This document shows, piece by piece, positions 61,676 to 64,000 of a DNA stretch of 64,000 nucleotides. How positions within the stretch are numbered: position 1 is the stretch's first letter; the number at the start of each line of letters is the position of its first letter. Where the stretch lies: NCBI GenBank assembly GCA_965276755.1, contig OZ255625.1, forward strand, positions 1,020,784 to 1,084,783, given 5' to 3'. A model generated the notes under the pieces. The model was not told the DNA's origin. It did not search any database and saw only the letters and a program-made list of their open reading frames with translations. The stretch comes from Acetobacteraceae bacterium. GTDB lineage: Bacteria > Pseudomonadota > Alphaproteobacteria > Acetobacterales > Acetobacteraceae. The translations under genes were made by a program, and so were the position numbers.

Positions 61676-62254
61676 ATGAAGCGGCTCATCATCGCGGCGG
61701 GAATGGTGGGCGCGGGCGCGGGCGGCGCGCACGCCAGCGGCATGCCGCAGCTCGATTTCGCCAACCCGCTGCTGATCTCGCAGGTGGTATGGGGCGCAAT
61801 CATCTTCGCCGTATTCTATCTGGCGGTCTCGCGCTACGGCCTGCCGCAGGTGGACGCCATCCTGGCCCACCGCGCCGACGTCATCGGCGCGGACCTGGCC
61901 GCGGCGCGCGCCTCCAAGCAGAGCGCCGATGAGGCCGTGGCCGAACTGACCCAGGCACGCCGCACCGCCTATGCGCAGAGCCAGGCCGAGGTGAATGCCG
62001 CCTCAGTGCGCGCCAAGGCAAATGCGGCACGCGAGGCCGAAGCGGCACGCATGCGCCTGGACGCGCAGCTCGCCCAGAGCGAGGCGCAGATCGATGCCGC
62101 GCGCGGGTTGGCCATGGCATCGCTGCGCCAGATTGCGGCCGAGACGGCGGACGCACTGGTTGCGCGCCTGACGCATCAGGCGCCGGATCGTGGGCGGCTG
62201 GAGGCCGCCGTGGTCGGGGCGCTGCATGCGCGCGGGCTGGACGCGGTAAGTTAG
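61676..62254 (+). CDS. ATP synthase F0 subunit b'
   Basis: GMPQLDF...SQVVW, TM helix then coiled coil. Confidence 0.9.
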   Translation: MKRLIIAAGMVGAGAGGAHASGMPQLDFANPLLISQVVWGAIIFAVFYLAVSRYGLPQVDAILAHRADVIGADLAAARASKQSADEAVAELTQARRTAYAQSQAEVNAASVRAKANAAREAEAARMRLDAQLAQSEAQIDAARGLAMASLRQIAAETADALVARLTHQAPDRGRLEAAVVGALHARGLDAVS

Positions 62255-62259
62255 GAAGA

Positions 62260-62358
62260 CTGGGGGAGATGTGCCATCCCCCCCAGACCCCCCGTCATCA
62301 GTTAGGCAAGGCTCTATAATCGACGGGGGGTCTGGGGGGGATGGCACATCTCCCCCAG
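62260..62358. repeat. Family A inverted doublet inside the atp operon
   Basis: Linker ATCAGTTAGGCAAGGCTCTATAATC; both halves near consensus. Confidence 0.93.
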
Positions 62359-62394
62359 TTTTTGCCTAATCATCCGGCTACCTGAGAGACGACC

Positions 62395-62892
62395 ATGCAC
62401 CGCACCCTCGCCAATCCCGAATTCTGGGTCCTCGTCGCCTTCGTCATCTTCTTCGTCCTGTTCGGGCGGCGGCTATGGGCGGTGGTGGCCGGCATGCTGG
62501 ACGGCCGCGCGACCACAATCCGTGCCGAGCTCGATGAAGCCGCACGCCTGCGCGCCGAAGCCGAGGCGATGCTGCGCCGCGCACAGGCCGACCGCGAAGC
62601 AGCCCTCGCCGAGGCGCGTGACGTGCTCACCCGCAGCCACGCCGAAGCCGCGCGCGTGACACGCGAGGCCGAGGCCGAGGCGGCGGCCGCCGCGCGCCGG
62701 CGCGAGCAGATGGCGCTGGATCGAATCGCGGCGGCCGAAAAGGCCGTGGTGGTCGAGGTGCGCCAGATGGCGGCAGAGCTGGCGGTGCAGGCGGCGCGCG
62801 AGGTGATCGCGGGCACGCTTTCGGCCGAGCAGGATGGCGCGCTGGTGGATGAGGCAATTGCCGGGCTGCCTCGGGCTTTGCGGGCTGCGTAG
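62395..62892 (+). CDS. atpF: ATP synthase F0 subunit b
   Basis: PEFWVLVAFVIF, LDGRA..IRAELDEA motifs. Confidence 0.92.
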   Translation: MHRTLANPEFWVLVAFVIFFVLFGRRLWAVVAGMLDGRATTIRAELDEAARLRAEAEAMLRRAQADREAALAEARDVLTRSHAEAARVTREAEAEAAAAARRREQMALDRIAAAEKAVVVEVRQMAAELAVQAAREVIAGTLSAEQDGALVDEAIAGLPRALRAA

Positions 62893-62899
62893 GAAAGAA

Positions 62900-62936
62900 T
62901 TGGGGGGACCGAGCCGGTCCCCCCAAACCCCCCGTC
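62900..62936. repeat. Family A half (GACCG/CGGTC variant)
   Basis: TTGGGGGGACCGAGCCGGTCCCCCCAAACCCCCCGTC; overlaps the stop codon of the convergent VOC gene. Confidence 0.88.
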
Positions 62937-63291
62937 ATTTTTTTGGTGGTTCCCACAATTCGATCGCGTTGCCTTCGGGGTCGTGCACGCGGGCGAAGCG
63001 GCCGGTTTCGGGGGAGTCCCAGTCGGGTTTTGTGATGATCTCTATTTTCGCCTCGCGCAGCTTGGCGATCGTGGCGGCGAGATCGTCCACGCGCAAATTG
63101 ATCATCCACTGCTTGTCGGCGGCGAAATAGTCGGTGTCGTGCTTGAACGGCATGAAAACGGTGGGCCCGGCGGCCTGGTGCCACGGCTCGTAGCCGGTCA
63201 TTGTAATAGCGAAATGGGTTCGATACCACTCCGTCAGCGCCTTCGGGTCCTGGGCGCGGAAGAATATTCCGCCTATGCCGGTCACAGTCAT
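62935..63291 (-). CDS. VOC/glyoxalase-family protein
   Basis: VTGIGGIFFRA, WMINLRVDDL, GRFARVHDPEGNAIELWEP motifs. Confidence 0.9.
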   Translation of the reverse strand: MTVTGIGGIFFRAQDPKALTEWYRTHFAITMTGYEPWHQAAGPTVFMPFKHDTDYFAADKQWMINLRVDDLAATIAKLREAKIEIITKPDWDSPETGRFARVHDPEGNAIELWEPPKK

Positions 63292-64000
63292 TATGCGGCC
63301 TTTCGGTGCTGGTGTTGCGCGAAATGGGCGGCGAGTGCGGCGTTGACCGCATCCGGTTCTTCCAGCGCCACCGAATGGCCGGCGCGCGGGATGGTCATAG
63401 CACCGCCGCCCGCGGCGTGCGCAACGTTCTGCGCCTCGGCCGGCCCGTAGGCGTGGTCCTCCTCGCCGGCGATGGCGAGGATGGGTACGCGCGTGCCGGC
63501 GAGCTCGGCCAGGATCGCGGTGCGGAAAACGACCGCGTGGGCCGCCTCGGCGATGCTGGGCGGCAGGGCGGCGAGCTTGGTGCGCCAGTGGGTGCGTTCT
63601 GCCGCGCGGGCCGGGTCGGCGAGGAAGGTGTCGCCGAACATGATGTGCATCAGCGTGTCGATCAGGGGGGCGGCGCCTTTGGCGCGCAGGGCGTCGATGA
63701 TTGGGGTGAATTCGGCCTGGCGGTGTTCGGCCTCGCCGGAGCTGCCGAGGATGGTGGCGGTCAGCAGCAGGTCCGGCCGGCGCGCGACCAGGCGCAGGGC
63801 GATGAAGCCGCCAAGCGAGTTGCCGACGAAGTGGACGGGGCCGGCGGACAGCGATTCGATGAGGGCGGCGGCGTCGTTTGTGAGGGTGTCGAGGTCCAGC
63901 GTGGCGGAGGGGGCGCTGCGGCCCTGGCCGCGGTGGTCGTAGCGGATGACGCGATGGGTGGGGGCGAAATGGGCGGCCTGGTGGTCGAACATGGTGAGGT
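63291..64000 (-). CDS. Alpha/beta hydrolase, 5'-truncated by the window edge
   Basis: RYDHRGQGRS, VGNSLGG, AGEED, AGHS motifs; the frame is open to the window end. Confidence 0.85.
   Translation of the reverse strand, partial: LTMFDHQAAHFAPTHRVIRYDHRGQGRSAPSATLDLDTLTNDAAALIESLSAGPVHFVGNSLGGFIALRLVARRPDLLLTATILGSSGEAEHRQAEFTPIIDALRAKGAAPLIDTLMHIMFGDTFLADPARAAERTHWRTKLAALPPSIAEAAHAVVFRTAILAELAGTRVPILAIAGEEDHAYGPAEAQNVAHAAGGGAMTIPRAGHSVALEEPDAVNAALAAHFAQHQHRKAA

Overview
High-GC alphaproteobacterial chromosomal segment; gene content and order suggest Acetobacteraceae or a relative (inference). The housekeeping backbone comprises dapA-smpB, typA, a complete Rrf2-sufBCDSU-sufT-sufA cluster, putA, tyrS, dapF-mtaB-ftsY, mucR, tRNA-Val(CAC), fpr and the ATP synthase F0 operon. 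Accessory material includes: (i) a 4.5-kb IS1595-family element (24-bp perfect IRs, 8-bp TSD) whose passenger trypsin-like protease gene is split by an ISAzo13 and an IS5/IS1031-type element stacked at one TTA target; (ii) a small GIY-YIG nuclease beside a CGTC-type REP and a PD-(D/E)xK-like gene broken by a 19-bp tandem duplication; (iii) a CBS+HEPN gene; (iv) a single-chain nuclease-methyltransferase (type IIG-like); (v) two TA loci. The window is dense with at least three short palindromic repeat families (about 21 half-copies of family A, 9 of B, 2 of C). Families A and B show compensatory stem changes, the repeats often border accessory genes, and they coincide with local flips in G/C strand skew. 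No CRISPR array, cas, rRNA, integrase or prophage genes were seen. All annotation is by eye from motifs; no database searches were run.
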